UHGV virus genome: UHGV-1367038
From: a virus
Length of the DNA stretch: 52,981 bases
Reading direction: 5' to 3' (one strand)
Shown here piece by piece: positions 26,124-33,431 of this stretch (positions within the stretch are counted from its first letter, which is position 1; each line of letters starts with the position of its first letter). The notes beneath the pieces are model-generated. The model was not told the origin of the DNA and did no database searches. It saw only the letters and a program-made list of their open reading frames with translations. Position numbers and translations under genes: made by a program.

Positions 26124-26127
26124 CAGT

Positions 26128-26343
26128 ATGGACGTTTACGAGGATCTATACCTCCAGACAAATAGCCGCATTTTTTATTTTCTGAAAAACAGCGTCGTAT
26201 ATCGCAGCGACGACGGGGTGATAATGAAAGAGTGGCTATTTAAGAGCAAAGACCTACTCGATGATCTGGTTTTTGCCGGAATATTCCGTAAACGTCCGGC
26301 TAACCTGGAAGAAGAAATGCTGATCGACGAGGTATTGAGATGA
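26128..26343 (+). CDS. Hypothetical protein
   Basis: 71 aa ORF. Confidence 0.45.
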   Translation: MDVYEDLYLQTNSRIFYFLKNSVVYRSDDGVIMKEWLFKSKDLLDDLVFAGIFRKRPANLEEEMLIDEVLR

Positions 26344-26591
26344 AAATGAAAGTTAACTATTTCAGGGCAAAAGACAAGGCAACAGGGAAACGGGTAGTTA
26401 TCCTGGTTAATGAGGCCAATTATATGTTTGTTCTCCAGCCGTGGTGCATAGCTGACTATAACGATGATTATCGCCGTCATGCAGCGCGGCGGGCGGTCGG
26501 CATGAAAGGCTGGCAACCGCGCGACATGCTTAATTATTGCGACTGGAATCTTATAGCAAAATACACGGTCGATTATAAAGGGGTTTTCTGA
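26340..26591 (+). CDS. Hypothetical protein
   Basis: 83 aa ORF. Confidence 0.45.
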   Translation: MKMKVNYFRAKDKATGKRVVILVNEANYMFVLQPWCIADYNDDYRRHAARRAVGMKGWQPRDMLNYCDWNLIAKYTVDYKGVF

Positions 26592-26593
26592 TT

Positions 26594-26809
26594 ATGTTTG
26601 CAAGATGCGTTTATTCTGATACTTCGTGCTTCACTACTGGCGAACTATATAGCGTTGATCTTCTTAATGGGTGCAAGCGCGGCGCTGGCGGTATTCATTA
26701 TGTAAAAGATAATGATGGCGATGCGTGGCAATTTTACGGAGATCATGCAAAAGGTGTTGTTAAGGGTAGTTTTGATAATCGTGTAATGGCGCGTTTTGTT
26801 AAGTGGTGA
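26594..26809 (+). CDS. Small protein, paralog family member 1
   Basis: C.YS...F..G.LY.V ... DNDGDAWQFY pattern shared with neighbours. Confidence 0.5.
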   Translation: MFARCVYSDTSCFTTGELYSVDLLNGCKRGAGGIHYVKDNDGDAWQFYGDHAKGVVKGSFDNRVMARFVKW

Positions 26810-26818
26810 GGTGAATTT

Positions 26819-27031
26819 ATGCAGGTTAAATGTTCATATTCAAGCAATGACAGTGTTTTCACGATTGGGCGTATTTATGACGTTCACATTGTTTATGGCA
26901 ACGAAAATCACACAATGAGTAATTGCCTTGCCTTGATTGATAATCATGACGAAATATGGATATTCAGGCCAACTTATCGTGGCGGAGAAATATCAGGTAT
27001 TGAATTTGCAGCCAGCTTTGAACGTTATTAA
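26819..27031 (+). CDS. Small protein, paralog family member 2
   Basis: KCSYSSNDSVFTIGRIYDV ... DNHDEIWIF. Confidence 0.5.
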   Translation: MQVKCSYSSNDSVFTIGRIYDVHIVYGNENHTMSNCLALIDNHDEIWIFRPTYRGGEISGIEFAASFERY

Positions 27032-27040
27032 GGGGTAAGC

Positions 27041-27292
27041 ATGAAGCGATTATATTTTGATGTAGTGCAGACGCGCGACCGCGACATATTCGATGAGGGG
27101 AAAGTTTATTGCGGTGTTCAACTCCACGGCGCACCGGGCGGCGAGGCGATGGCGATAACTGGTGATGATAATAAGGTTTATTTTGCTTATGTCACACGCT
27201 TTCCGCACACTGACAAGGTTTATTATCGCATCGTGCATGACTTCCAGGGCGTAGCTGTATTTTGTGACCGCGAAGGCAGTAAACCGGAATAG
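27041..27292 (+). CDS. Small protein, possible divergent paralog
   Basis: DEGKVYCGV ... GDDNKVYFAY. Confidence 0.45.
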   Translation: MKRLYFDVVQTRDRDIFDEGKVYCGVQLHGAPGGEAMAITGDDNKVYFAYVTRFPHTDKVYYRIVHDFQGVAVFCDREGSKPE

Positions 27293-27541
27293 GTGATGGT
27301 TATGAGTCGGAAACATAGATACCAGTGCACGTACTCACGATGCAGTGCGTTTTTTAAGAATGGCAAGATCTACGATGTTGGCGCGGCATTGGTTGACGCA
27401 AAGAATCAGGAATATATTTACGCCATTACTGACGACCAGGGCCAGCTATGGCGATTTTATAAGATGGGGTACGGCACGGCGCTTGTTTATGCGCGTGCTG
27501 GTGGTGGCGCTTTTGCTGCATTTTCGTATGTAGGTGCGTGA
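27293..27541 (+). CDS. Small protein, paralog family member 3
   Basis: QCTYSRCSAFFKNGKIYDV ... DDQGQLWRFY. Confidence 0.5.
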   Translation: MMVMSRKHRYQCTYSRCSAFFKNGKIYDVGAALVDAKNQEYIYAITDDQGQLWRFYKMGYGTALVYARAGGGAFAAFSYVGA

Positions 27542-27544
27542 AAA

Positions 27545-27763
27545 ATGATTTTAACGTGTAATAGATCGGAATTAGGTTGTTTTGAGGAAGGCGTACAGTA
27601 TGCGGCTGAAAAACCGATGGGGTTGTCTCCTAAATTCCCGTTCATCGTCGTGACTGACACTTACGGTCACTTATGGTACGCAGAGCCGCTGTGCGGTATT
27701 GGTCGTTATGTTGTCCGTAGCTCTGACGGTGCGATGAAGGTTAATTTTACGGAAGAAACATAA
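27545..27763 (+). CDS. Small protein, paralog family member 4
   Basis: TCNRSELGCFEEGVQY ... DTYGHLWYA. Confidence 0.5.
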   Translation: MILTCNRSELGCFEEGVQYAAEKPMGLSPKFPFIVVTDTYGHLWYAEPLCGIGRYVVRSSDGAMKVNFTEET

Positions 27764-27782
27764 ATGTGATCTACCCCGCAAA

Positions 27783-27826
27783 GTTTACAAAATGGCATTG
27801 TTCCGGCAGTGCCATTTTGTTATAAA
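27783..27826 (+). promoter_or_regulatory. Conserved inverted-repeat element ACAAAATGGCA-N12-TGCCATTTTGT followed by TATAAA
   Basis: Homologous to elements at 44124..44166 and 47170..47217. Confidence 0.45.
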
Positions 27827-27861
27827 GAAGCTGAAGAGAGAACGATGCGGAGGGTAGAAAA

Positions 27862-28140
27862 ATGAAACGCTGGATTAACAAAGAAGTCGAATCTCGCTTA
27901 AACGCATTTTGGGAGATGGTGGAGAAAGAAGACCCAGCACACGCTGCAAGCCCTTATCTGAACAACATTGAATATCACTACATTGCAGCAAACAACGCGG
28001 AGTTCGAGGAAGAAGGAGGGGCAGACAAGTTTGCACAAAGTAACGCATTCAACAACGCAAACGAAATGATGATGGCAGTTATCGAACAGGCAGAGGAAGA
28101 CTACGAATGCAAAGCACTTGAATTTGCACGCATGGCATAA
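27862..28140 (+). CDS. Hypothetical acidic protein
   Basis: GGAGGG RBS; 92 aa. Confidence 0.5.
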   Translation: MKRWINKEVESRLNAFWEMVEKEDPAHAASPYLNNIEYHYIAANNAEFEEEGGADKFAQSNAFNNANEMMMAVIEQAEEDYECKALEFARMA

Positions 28141-28149
28141 GGGGGAACC

Positions 28150-28290
28150 ATGAACGCTAACGCTAAATATCCGGCCTGGGTTTTTGAACTGTATGCTCGC
28201 TACTTTGAATTGCTGGAACCAGGTGAAGAAGCATTGAGCATTGACGAATACGCGGAGTGTTTAGGATTTAAAGGAGACGAAGAAGAATAA
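28150..28290 (+). CDS. Small acidic protein (46 aa)
   Basis: GGGGGA RBS; similar in pattern to 29142..29273. Confidence 0.35.
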   Translation: MNANAKYPAWVFELYARYFELLEPGEEALSIDEYAECLGFKGDEEE

Positions 28291-28330
28291 AACACGGGGC
28301 CGGATGGCCCCATCAAACGGAGTATAAATT

Positions 28331-28585
28331 ATGGTTGTGATCAGACTATGGCGCGGAGTTAGTAGGCTTGATGGTATATACAGCCGCGTAATTGAGGATG
28401 TTAACAATAGTCGGTTTTATGAGCTTGAATACAGCGAAAAAAGGGAGAATGAATATTTGAACGAATCGACACCTATGTGGTGCAAAGTGGCTGGCCTTTC
28501 TTCACTTATGCGTCACGGGTTTTATACAGATTATAACACGCTAACAGATGCCGAACTGGTAGCAACTCTTTACGAAGGAGAATAA
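28331..28585 (+). CDS. Hypothetical protein
   Basis: 84 aa ORF. Confidence 0.45.
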   Translation: MVVIRLWRGVSRLDGIYSRVIEDVNNSRFYELEYSEKRENEYLNESTPMWCKVAGLSSLMRHGFYTDYNTLTDAELVATLYEGE

Positions 28586-28588
28586 ATA

Positions 28589-28912
28589 ATGACTAAATTT
28601 ATCAGCGTTAAAGTTTTCCGTGGAACTATTCCAGAAGGTGAGAAATACGGTGAATTCGGTGGAATGACTGGAGCATGTTTCCGTGTAGCAACGGAAGACG
28701 ACGATCATGTTAAATGCTTCCACGTATCGGAGCCGCCTTTTAGTCCAGAGCATCTTGAAGACCCTGGTAAAATTAAAATGTTCGTCTTCGCATCACTAAC
28801 GATTAATCCTTACCCTGATCCTGATGTCGAATTGATCGGGGCTGAAATGGTCGCTGAATACAAAATAACCCCGGCAGACAACGGAGACTCTAAAATTGAG
28901 CGCATCAAATAA
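28589..28912 (+). CDS. Hypothetical protein
   Basis: 107 aa ORF. Confidence 0.5.
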   Translation: MTKFISVKVFRGTIPEGEKYGEFGGMTGACFRVATEDDDHVKCFHVSEPPFSPEHLEDPGKIKMFVFASLTINPYPDPDVELIGAEMVAEYKITPADNGDSKIERIK

Positions 28913-29120
28913 ACCTTACAAAATCCGCTGCAAAGGCAGTTATGACGGATTCACTCAGGGGTGTGAATACCTGGGCCACATTGGACATGGCCCGTTCGGT
29001 GAATTAGGGATGAATACGATAGACGACGACGGCGACAACAGGACGCTTGATCTTGATTCTGATGATTTCGAATACATCCCGCCAGTAACTTACCGCGACG
29101 TCGATGAATTTCCGGCATAA
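28896..29120 (+). CDS. Small protein, possible divergent paralog
   Basis: RCKGSYDGFTQGCEY ... DDDGDNRTL. Confidence 0.45.
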   Translation: MSASNKPYKIRCKGSYDGFTQGCEYLGHIGHGPFGELGMNTIDDDGDNRTLDLDSDDFEYIPPVTYRDVDEFPA

Positions 29121-29141
29121 CAAGAAGACGAGGACGATTAA

Positions 29142-29273
29142 ATGGAAGAGTGGTATAAAAATCTATTAATCATGTTTCTTGCTGAAAATTGGGCGCTATT
29201 TGAGCGTTTTTGCGATGAACATGGTGAAGACCCTAACGATATTTATCACGATCTTGGGGGCGAAGATGATTGA
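29142..29273 (+). CDS. Small acidic protein (43 aa)
   Basis: GAGGA RBS; MEEWYKNLLIMFLAENWALFERFCDEHGEDPNDIYHDLGGEDD. Confidence 0.35.
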   Translation: MEEWYKNLLIMFLAENWALFERFCDEHGEDPNDIYHDLGGEDD

Positions 29274-29466
29274 ATTTCTTATCGCTGCAATTATCTTTCT
29301 TTATATCGCTGGCGCTATATTAATGTCTTGCTTTGTTAGAAGTAACGATCTCGGCCCGGCTTACCTTGAAGTTACTTTTTGGCCTGTAGCAGTCTTTTAC
29401 GCTTTTGTAGACGCTACGCGCATACAGATCATGCGAGCTATTAAGGAGCGTAAAAATGGGAAATAG
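29266..29466 (+). CDS. Small membrane protein
   Basis: GGGGG RBS; MIEFLIAAIIFLYIAGAILMSCFV; the listed ORF from 29179 is probably an over-extension. Confidence 0.45.
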   Translation: MIEFLIAAIIFLYIAGAILMSCFVRSNDLGPAYLEVTFWPVAVFYAFVDATRIQIMRAIKERKNGK

Positions 29467-29653
29467 CGACCATAAATATGATGGCGTTTATCAGTCATTG
29501 GTGTCACGCGCTTATTATCGACTTGAAGGTGAACACGTAATGATGCGATTACGCCAGTGTGATCCGTGGCATGAAACGATTTTACCTGTGACAGCGAAAG
29601 AAGTTATCGCGATGTTTAATCACGGATACTGGCGCAAGGTTGGTGATTTATGA
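29456..29653 (+). CDS. Hypothetical protein
   Basis: 65 aa ORF. Confidence 0.45.
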   Translation: MGNSDHKYDGVYQSLVSRAYYRLEGEHVMMRLRQCDPWHETILPVTAKEVIAMFNHGYWRKVGDL

Positions 29654-29823
29654 ACGAGATCGAAGATGGTATCTATGTGCATAACTTATTTGATATTACT
29701 TACTTGCTGAAAGAAGAAAAGGTTTTTGTTATGTCGAGTGGGCATCCTTTCTGGACTTTCGTAAACATGGATCGTGAACAGATGCAAATATTGCTTGATA
29801 ATGGCCTGATAAAGAAGAAATAG
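29650..29823 (+). CDS. Hypothetical protein (57 aa)
   Basis: ATGA overlap with upstream stop. Confidence 0.4.
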   Translation: MNEIEDGIYVHNLFDITYLLKEEKVFVMSSGHPFWTFVNMDREQMQILLDNGLIKKK

Positions 29824-29889
29824 AAACCATAATCGCGCATAAAAAACAAATAGATTAAAATACTTCCTAACAATGCGAAATTGTAATTA

Positions 29890-29912
29890 CCCGGCACCGC
29901 GCCGGGTTTTTG
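29890..29912 (+). terminator. tR'-like terminator about 20 nt upstream of holin
   Basis: CCCGGC-accgc-GCCGGG then TTTTT. Confidence 0.7.
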
Positions 29913-29931
29913 CTTTGTTGGAGGTAAATCT

Positions 29932-30132
29932 ATGTTCGACAGAATACGGGAGGCGTGCGCGTATGTGACTGGGGCCGTAACTGCTTTTTTCGGCGCGATA
30001 ACCATCAATGACATTGCCGTCTTTGTGGGTATCTTATCAACCATTGGCACATTTGCCGTTAATTATTACTTCAAATCACAGGAGAACAAGCGAGCGCAAG
30101 AGGAACACGACGCGCGAATGGGGAATAAGTAA
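29932..30132 (+). CDS. Class II holin (phage 21 S-like pinholin candidate)
   Basis: 66 aa, two TM segments, charged C-terminus; GGAGG RBS. Confidence 0.6.
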   Translation: MFDRIREACAYVTGAVTAFFGAITINDIAVFVGILSTIGTFAVNYYFKSQENKRAQEEHDARMGNK

Positions 30133-30133
30133 A

Positions 30134-30625
30134 ATGATTAGCCAATCGCTGAAAAACAAAATTGTTGCGGCGGCGGCTGGTGGGGCGATCGCTATTGCGG
30201 CGGTGATGATAAAAGATCTTGAAGGCGTTGAGTATGAGCCATACAGAGATGTTATCGGTGTTTACACAATATGTTATGGTCACACCGGAAAGGACATTAT
30301 GTTGGGTAAGACTTACACGCAATCAGAATGCGATGCTTTGTTAAATAAAGATCTCCACAAAACCGCAAAAGCGATCGACCCCTATATTAAAGTCGAAATA
30401 TCAGATTTTACCCGCGCGGCGCTTTATTCATTCGCCTATAACGTAGGCGCTACAAACTTCAAAACATCAACCTTATTGAAGCTACTTAATGACGGCAAGA
30501 AATCAGAAGCGTGCGCACAGCTTAAACGCTGGATATACGCTGGCGGCAAGAAGTGGCAAGGCCTTGTTAACCGCCGTGATGTTGAATATGCCGTTTGCGA
30601 ATGGGGTGAAACATGGACAAGGTAA
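30134..30625 (+). CDS. SAR endolysin (T4-type lysozyme, GH24)
   Basis: N-terminal Gly/Ala-rich signal-anchor-release segment; E..D..T catalytic pattern ([22 protein letters not shown]). Confidence 0.8.
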   Translation: MISQSLKNKIVAAAAGGAIAIAAVMIKDLEGVEYEPYRDVIGVYTICYGHTGKDIMLGKTYTQSECDALLNKDLHKTAKAIDPYIKVEISDFTRAALYSFAYNVGATNFKTSTLLKLLNDGKKSEACAQLKRWIYAGGKKWQGLVNRRDVEYAVCEWGETWTR

Positions 30626-31080
30626 AGGCGTTAATTATTGCCGTTGTTCTCTGTGTTGTTACCGCTCTGGTAGCTGCGTTATCTCACACTACCAGTCAGA
30701 TTTCTGCATTAGAGGCAGAGTTACAGACCACACAGGGCGCACTTAAGACAGCAAGTAACACTATTCAGCAGATGAAGGAGCGAAACGCCGAACTGTCAAA
30801 ACTTGATAAGAGGTATCACGATGAAATTAAAGCTATCAGGTCTGACATTGCCGATCTGCGCACTGGCATTGACAATGGCACTATCAAGCTGCGCGTCAAC
30901 GCAATGCCAGTGCGAGTGGACTCCGCCACAGGAACCGCCAGCAGCATTGATGGAGCCACCTGTAGACTCACTGCCAGTGCTCAATCAAATTATCTATCCC
31001 TCAGAGAACAATTAAAAGAGAAAGACGCGAAGATCACCGGATTGCAGGACTACATCAAGACGCAGTGCTTACGCAAATAA
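30613..31080 (+). CDS. Rz: Rz-like i-spanin
   Basis: N-terminal TM segment plus coiled-coil periplasmic domain; overlaps lysozyme stop. Confidence 0.7.
   Translation: MDKVKALIIAVVLCVVTALVAALSHTTSQISALEAELQTTQGALKTASNTIQQMKERNAELSKLDKRYHDEIKAIRSDIADLRTGIDNGTIKLRVNAMPVRVDSATGTASSIDGATCRLTASAQSNYLSLREQLKEKDAKITGLQDYIKTQCLRK
30821..31015 (+). CDS. Rz1: Rz1-like o-spanin lipoprotein, embedded in Rz in the +1 frame
   Basis: AGAGG RBS; lipobox LSSC; Pro-rich mature region. Confidence 0.6.
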   Translation: MKLKLSGLTLPICALALTMALSSCASTQCQCEWTPPQEPPAALMEPPVDSLPVLNQIIYPSENN

Positions 31081-31362
31081 TAACAGCGCGTGGACGTGTC
31101 GCCGTTTCCGCCAGCCAGCCATAACCGGGCCAATCCTTCCCGCGAGCGACGGCGGAATAGTCAAAAACACGTAATACCGGAACATCCATCCCATTAACAG
31201 GTCCGGCGCTACCTGGGTAGAAGAAAGCGCCATTCGCCAATTTTATAAAATTCTGGAAACGGTACTGATGAAGCGCCGTTTTCAGTGTTTTATAGCTGTT
31301 TTCACTCCCTGCGGTGTCGAGTTTTGCGGGGGTTATATTTTTCAGAATAGGAGATTATTCTG

Positions 31363-31905
31363 ATGGCTAAGGCTAAAGGCATTAAGTTGCCTCACTTCAA
31401 AATCCCACTATTTGAGCATACAACCGTTTTCTTTTGCCCGACCCGCGAGATGTTTTATGAATTTTGCGAAAAGGCAGGAATTCCAATCGAGCCTGATTTC
31501 GAACTGGCAGGCGGCCTGACACTCACTTGCACTGGCGAGAAAGGCGGTAACTTCTACGTGATCGCAGTATTCGACAATGAGTTAGGAACGCTGGTACATG
31601 AATGCGCTCACACCACATTCCATGTTTTAAGTGATGTAGGCGTCGTGGCGACCACTGATCCAACTCATCCGGCGAATGAGACTTACGCTTACATGGTAGG
31701 CCGCATCTTTGATGCATTTTTCCCTATCCTGGCTGAATCAAACGAAGCACAGGTTGCAGCAATGCAGGCGGCTGAAGTCGTTGAGCAGGCATTAGAACAG
31801 GCAGAACAGCCGAAGGAAGAAGAAAAACCCGCTAAGAAAGGCAAACGTAAGCCGAAATCAAAAGAAGCGTATGTACCGCGTGTAATGAGCTTTAAGCGAG
31901 GCTGA
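31363..31905 (+). CDS. Hypothetical protein with HExxH zincin-like motif
   Basis: LVHECAHTTFH; Lys-rich C-terminus. Confidence 0.5.
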   Translation: MAKAKGIKLPHFKIPLFEHTTVFFCPTREMFYEFCEKAGIPIEPDFELAGGLTLTCTGEKGGNFYVIAVFDNELGTLVHECAHTTFHVLSDVGVVATTDPTHPANETYAYMVGRIFDAFFPILAESNEAQVAAMQAAEVVEQALEQAEQPKEEEKPAKKGKRKPKSKEAYVPRVMSFKRG

Positions 31906-31907
31906 TT

Positions 31908-32003
31908 ATGGATGAATGCATCATCGCCGGATTAATTGGTATTTCTGTATTTCTGGTGAGTTTTATTATTGCCGTGCTGATAACCGTAAAGAGTAAATTA
32001 TGA
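31908..32003 (+). CDS. Tiny hydrophobic peptide 1 (31 aa)
   Basis: GAGG RBS; MDECIIAGLIGISVFLVSFIIAVLITVKSKL. Confidence 0.45.
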   Translation: MDECIIAGLIGISVFLVSFIIAVLITVKSKL

Positions 32004-32074
32004 ACACCTACGATCTCATCTGGTTATTGGTGCTCATCGTAGGTATTGGCGTGAACATTTACAGGCTATGGTGA
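32000..32074 (+). CDS. Tiny hydrophobic peptide 2 (24 aa)
   Basis: ATGA overlap; MNTYDLIWLLVLIVGIGVNIYRLW. Confidence 0.45.
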   Translation: MNTYDLIWLLVLIVGIGVNIYRLW

Positions 32075-32078
32075 AAAT

Positions 32079-32153
32079 ATGATTGACCCGCTTATTATCC
32101 TTTCTGCCTGCGTCGCTGTATGGCTGGCGATCATGATATTCATTGAAAGCTGA
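32079..32153 (+). CDS. Tiny hydrophobic peptide 3 (24 aa)
   Basis: MIDPLIILSACVAVWLAIMIFIES. Confidence 0.4.
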   Translation: MIDPLIILSACVAVWLAIMIFIES

Positions 32154-32164
32154 AGGTATTCACC

Positions 32165-32239
32165 ATGAATATTTACGATCTCATCTGGTGGTCGTTGGTC
32201 GCCGTAATTATCTATTTCTGGTGGAAGAATGTTGTATAG
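32165..32239 (+). CDS. Tiny hydrophobic peptide 4 (24 aa), paralog of peptide 2
   Basis: AAGG RBS; MNIYDLIWWSLVAVIIYFWWKNVV. Confidence 0.45.
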   Translation: MNIYDLIWWSLVAVIIYFWWKNVV

Positions 32240-32246
32240 GTGAATT

Positions 32247-32336
32247 ATGTATGGCCCATTCTACGAGTTAATACCGCTTGTTGTTCTGGCGATTGTTATA
32301 TGGTTTTTCTATGCGATGTTCAGAGTTCGCCCATAG
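32247..32336 (+). CDS. Tiny hydrophobic peptide 5 (29 aa)
   Basis: AGGTGA RBS; MYGPFYELIPLVVLAIVIWFFYAMFRVRP. Confidence 0.45.
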   Translation: MYGPFYELIPLVVLAIVIWFFYAMFRVRP

Positions 32337-32344
32337 GTGACTGC

Positions 32345-32443
32345 ATGGATATATTCGAACTACTGGCGATTATGTGCGGCATGATGTTAGGCATTGTCGC
32401 CATAATTATCATCATCGGCCTTGTTATGGGTAGCATCAAATGA
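32345..32443 (+). CDS. Tiny hydrophobic peptide 6 (32 aa)
   Basis: AGGTGA RBS; MDIFELLAIMCGMMLGIVAIIIIIGLVMGSIK. Confidence 0.45.
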   Translation: MDIFELLAIMCGMMLGIVAIIIIIGLVMGSIK

Positions 32444-32529
32444 ACGCATACGAAATGCTATTGCTGGTGGCTGTAGTTGTAGTCATTGCCGTAGATGTTT
32501 ATCGGGAGTTTAAAAATGAAATGGCTTGA
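32440..32529 (+). CDS. Tiny hydrophobic peptide 7 (29 aa)
   Basis: ATGA overlap; MNAYEMLLLVAVVVVIAVDVYREFKNEMA. Confidence 0.4.
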   Translation: MNAYEMLLLVAVVVVIAVDVYREFKNEMA

Positions 32530-32584
32530 TTTCTTTTTCCTGATTGTTGCGATTGTTCTCACCATGACCGCGCTGACTCAATAG
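32516..32584 (+). CDS. Tiny hydrophobic peptide 8 (22 aa)
   Basis: GGGAG RBS; MKWLDFFFLIVAIVLTMTALTQ. Confidence 0.4.
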   Translation: MKWLDFFFLIVAIVLTMTALTQ

Positions 32585-32592
32585 GTGAGCGA

Positions 32593-32667
32593 ATGAACGC
32601 TATTGACATTATGTTGATCGTGTGTACCGTTGCGTTAATTATCGTTGGGGTGATTATCAATGTCTGA
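32593..32667 (+). CDS. Tiny hydrophobic peptide 9 (24 aa)
   Basis: AGGTGA RBS; MNAIDIMLIVCTVALIIVGVIINV. Confidence 0.45.
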   Translation: MNAIDIMLIVCTVALIIVGVIINV

Positions 32668-32728
32668 CAGTGATTTCTTAATCATGGCTATATGCACGTT
32701 GTTAGTCGTTATAGTTTTCTTCGCGTAA
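32660..32728 (+). CDS. Tiny hydrophobic peptide 10 (22 aa)
   Basis: MSDSDFLIMAICTLLVVIVFFA. Confidence 0.4.
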   Translation: MSDSDFLIMAICTLLVVIVFFA

Positions 32729-32742
32729 ACAAGGTGGACAAT

Positions 32743-32814
32743 GTGAGAGAGTCAGATTTTATCTATATGGTTTTGGCTATCGTCCTCATTACCTGGGCGC
32801 TTTCGATTATGTGA
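32743..32814 (+). CDS. Tiny hydrophobic peptide 11 (23 aa, GTG start)
   Basis: AAGGTGG RBS; (M)RESDFIYMVLAIVLITWALSIM. Confidence 0.35.
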   Translation: MRESDFIYMVLAIVLITWALSIM

Positions 32815-32825
32815 AGGGGTAAACA

Positions 32826-32909
32826 ATGAAAGAGCTATTCGACTGGTTGGAAGTATTAACATACTGTGCAAGTTTTGTCGCTTGCGTATATATCATCAAT
32901 AAATATTGA
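32826..32909 (+). CDS. Tiny hydrophobic peptide 12 (27 aa)
   Basis: GAAGGGG RBS; MKELFDWLEVLTYCASFVACVYIINKY. Confidence 0.4.
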   Translation: MKELFDWLEVLTYCASFVACVYIINKY

Positions 32910-32919
32910 GAGGTGAATT

Positions 32920-33420
32920 ATGGCCCGCACTAAAAAGGCAAAAGCTGACGATAAAAAGCCAGCCGCAAAAAGGGTGGGCCGTCCGCATGGTTATACAGAA
33001 GAAAAAGCGTTAGAGATATGCGAACTGGTGGCGGACGGTCAGAGCATTAACAAAATATCAAAAATGCCAGGTATGCCTACCCGTTCAACAATCCTGAAAT
33101 GGTTTAGGGATGTACCGGAATTCTCGATCATGTACGCACGCGCGAAGGAGATCGGTTTCGAGGTGTTGGCTGACGAAATTATCGACCTGGCTGACTCCGA
33201 GAATAACGCTAATAAAGATCAGTGCCGCCGCCATCAACTGATGATTGATACCCGCAAATGGTTACTGGCAAAACTCCAACCGCGCAAATACGGCGAACGC
33301 GTCACACAGGAGATTGTTGGTGATGCAAATAATCCGGTACAGGTTGAACAACATACGCAAATGTCGATCGAGGACTACAGAAACGCCCGCCGTGAAATGC
33401 TCGAAGAAGATGATTGTTAA
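32920..33420 (+). CDS. Terminase small subunit
   Basis: 166 aa; N-terminal HTH-like basic region; position immediately upstream of large terminase; GAGAGGTGA RBS. Confidence 0.55.
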   Translation: MARTKKAKADDKKPAAKRVGRPHGYTEEKALEICELVADGQSINKISKMPGMPTRSTILKWFRDVPEFSIMYARAKEIGFEVLADEIIDLADSENNANKDQCRRHQLMIDTRKWLLAKLQPRKYGERVTQEIVGDANNPVQVEQHTQMSIEDYRNARREMLEEDDC

Positions 33421-33431
33421 GGCGGTAAATC

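Noticed and set aside
28296-28312. Hairpin GGGGCC-gga-t-GGCCCC as a plus-strand terminator
   Set aside because: No downstream T-run on the plus strand and it sits between co-oriented coupled genes; more likely an mRNA structure than a terminator.
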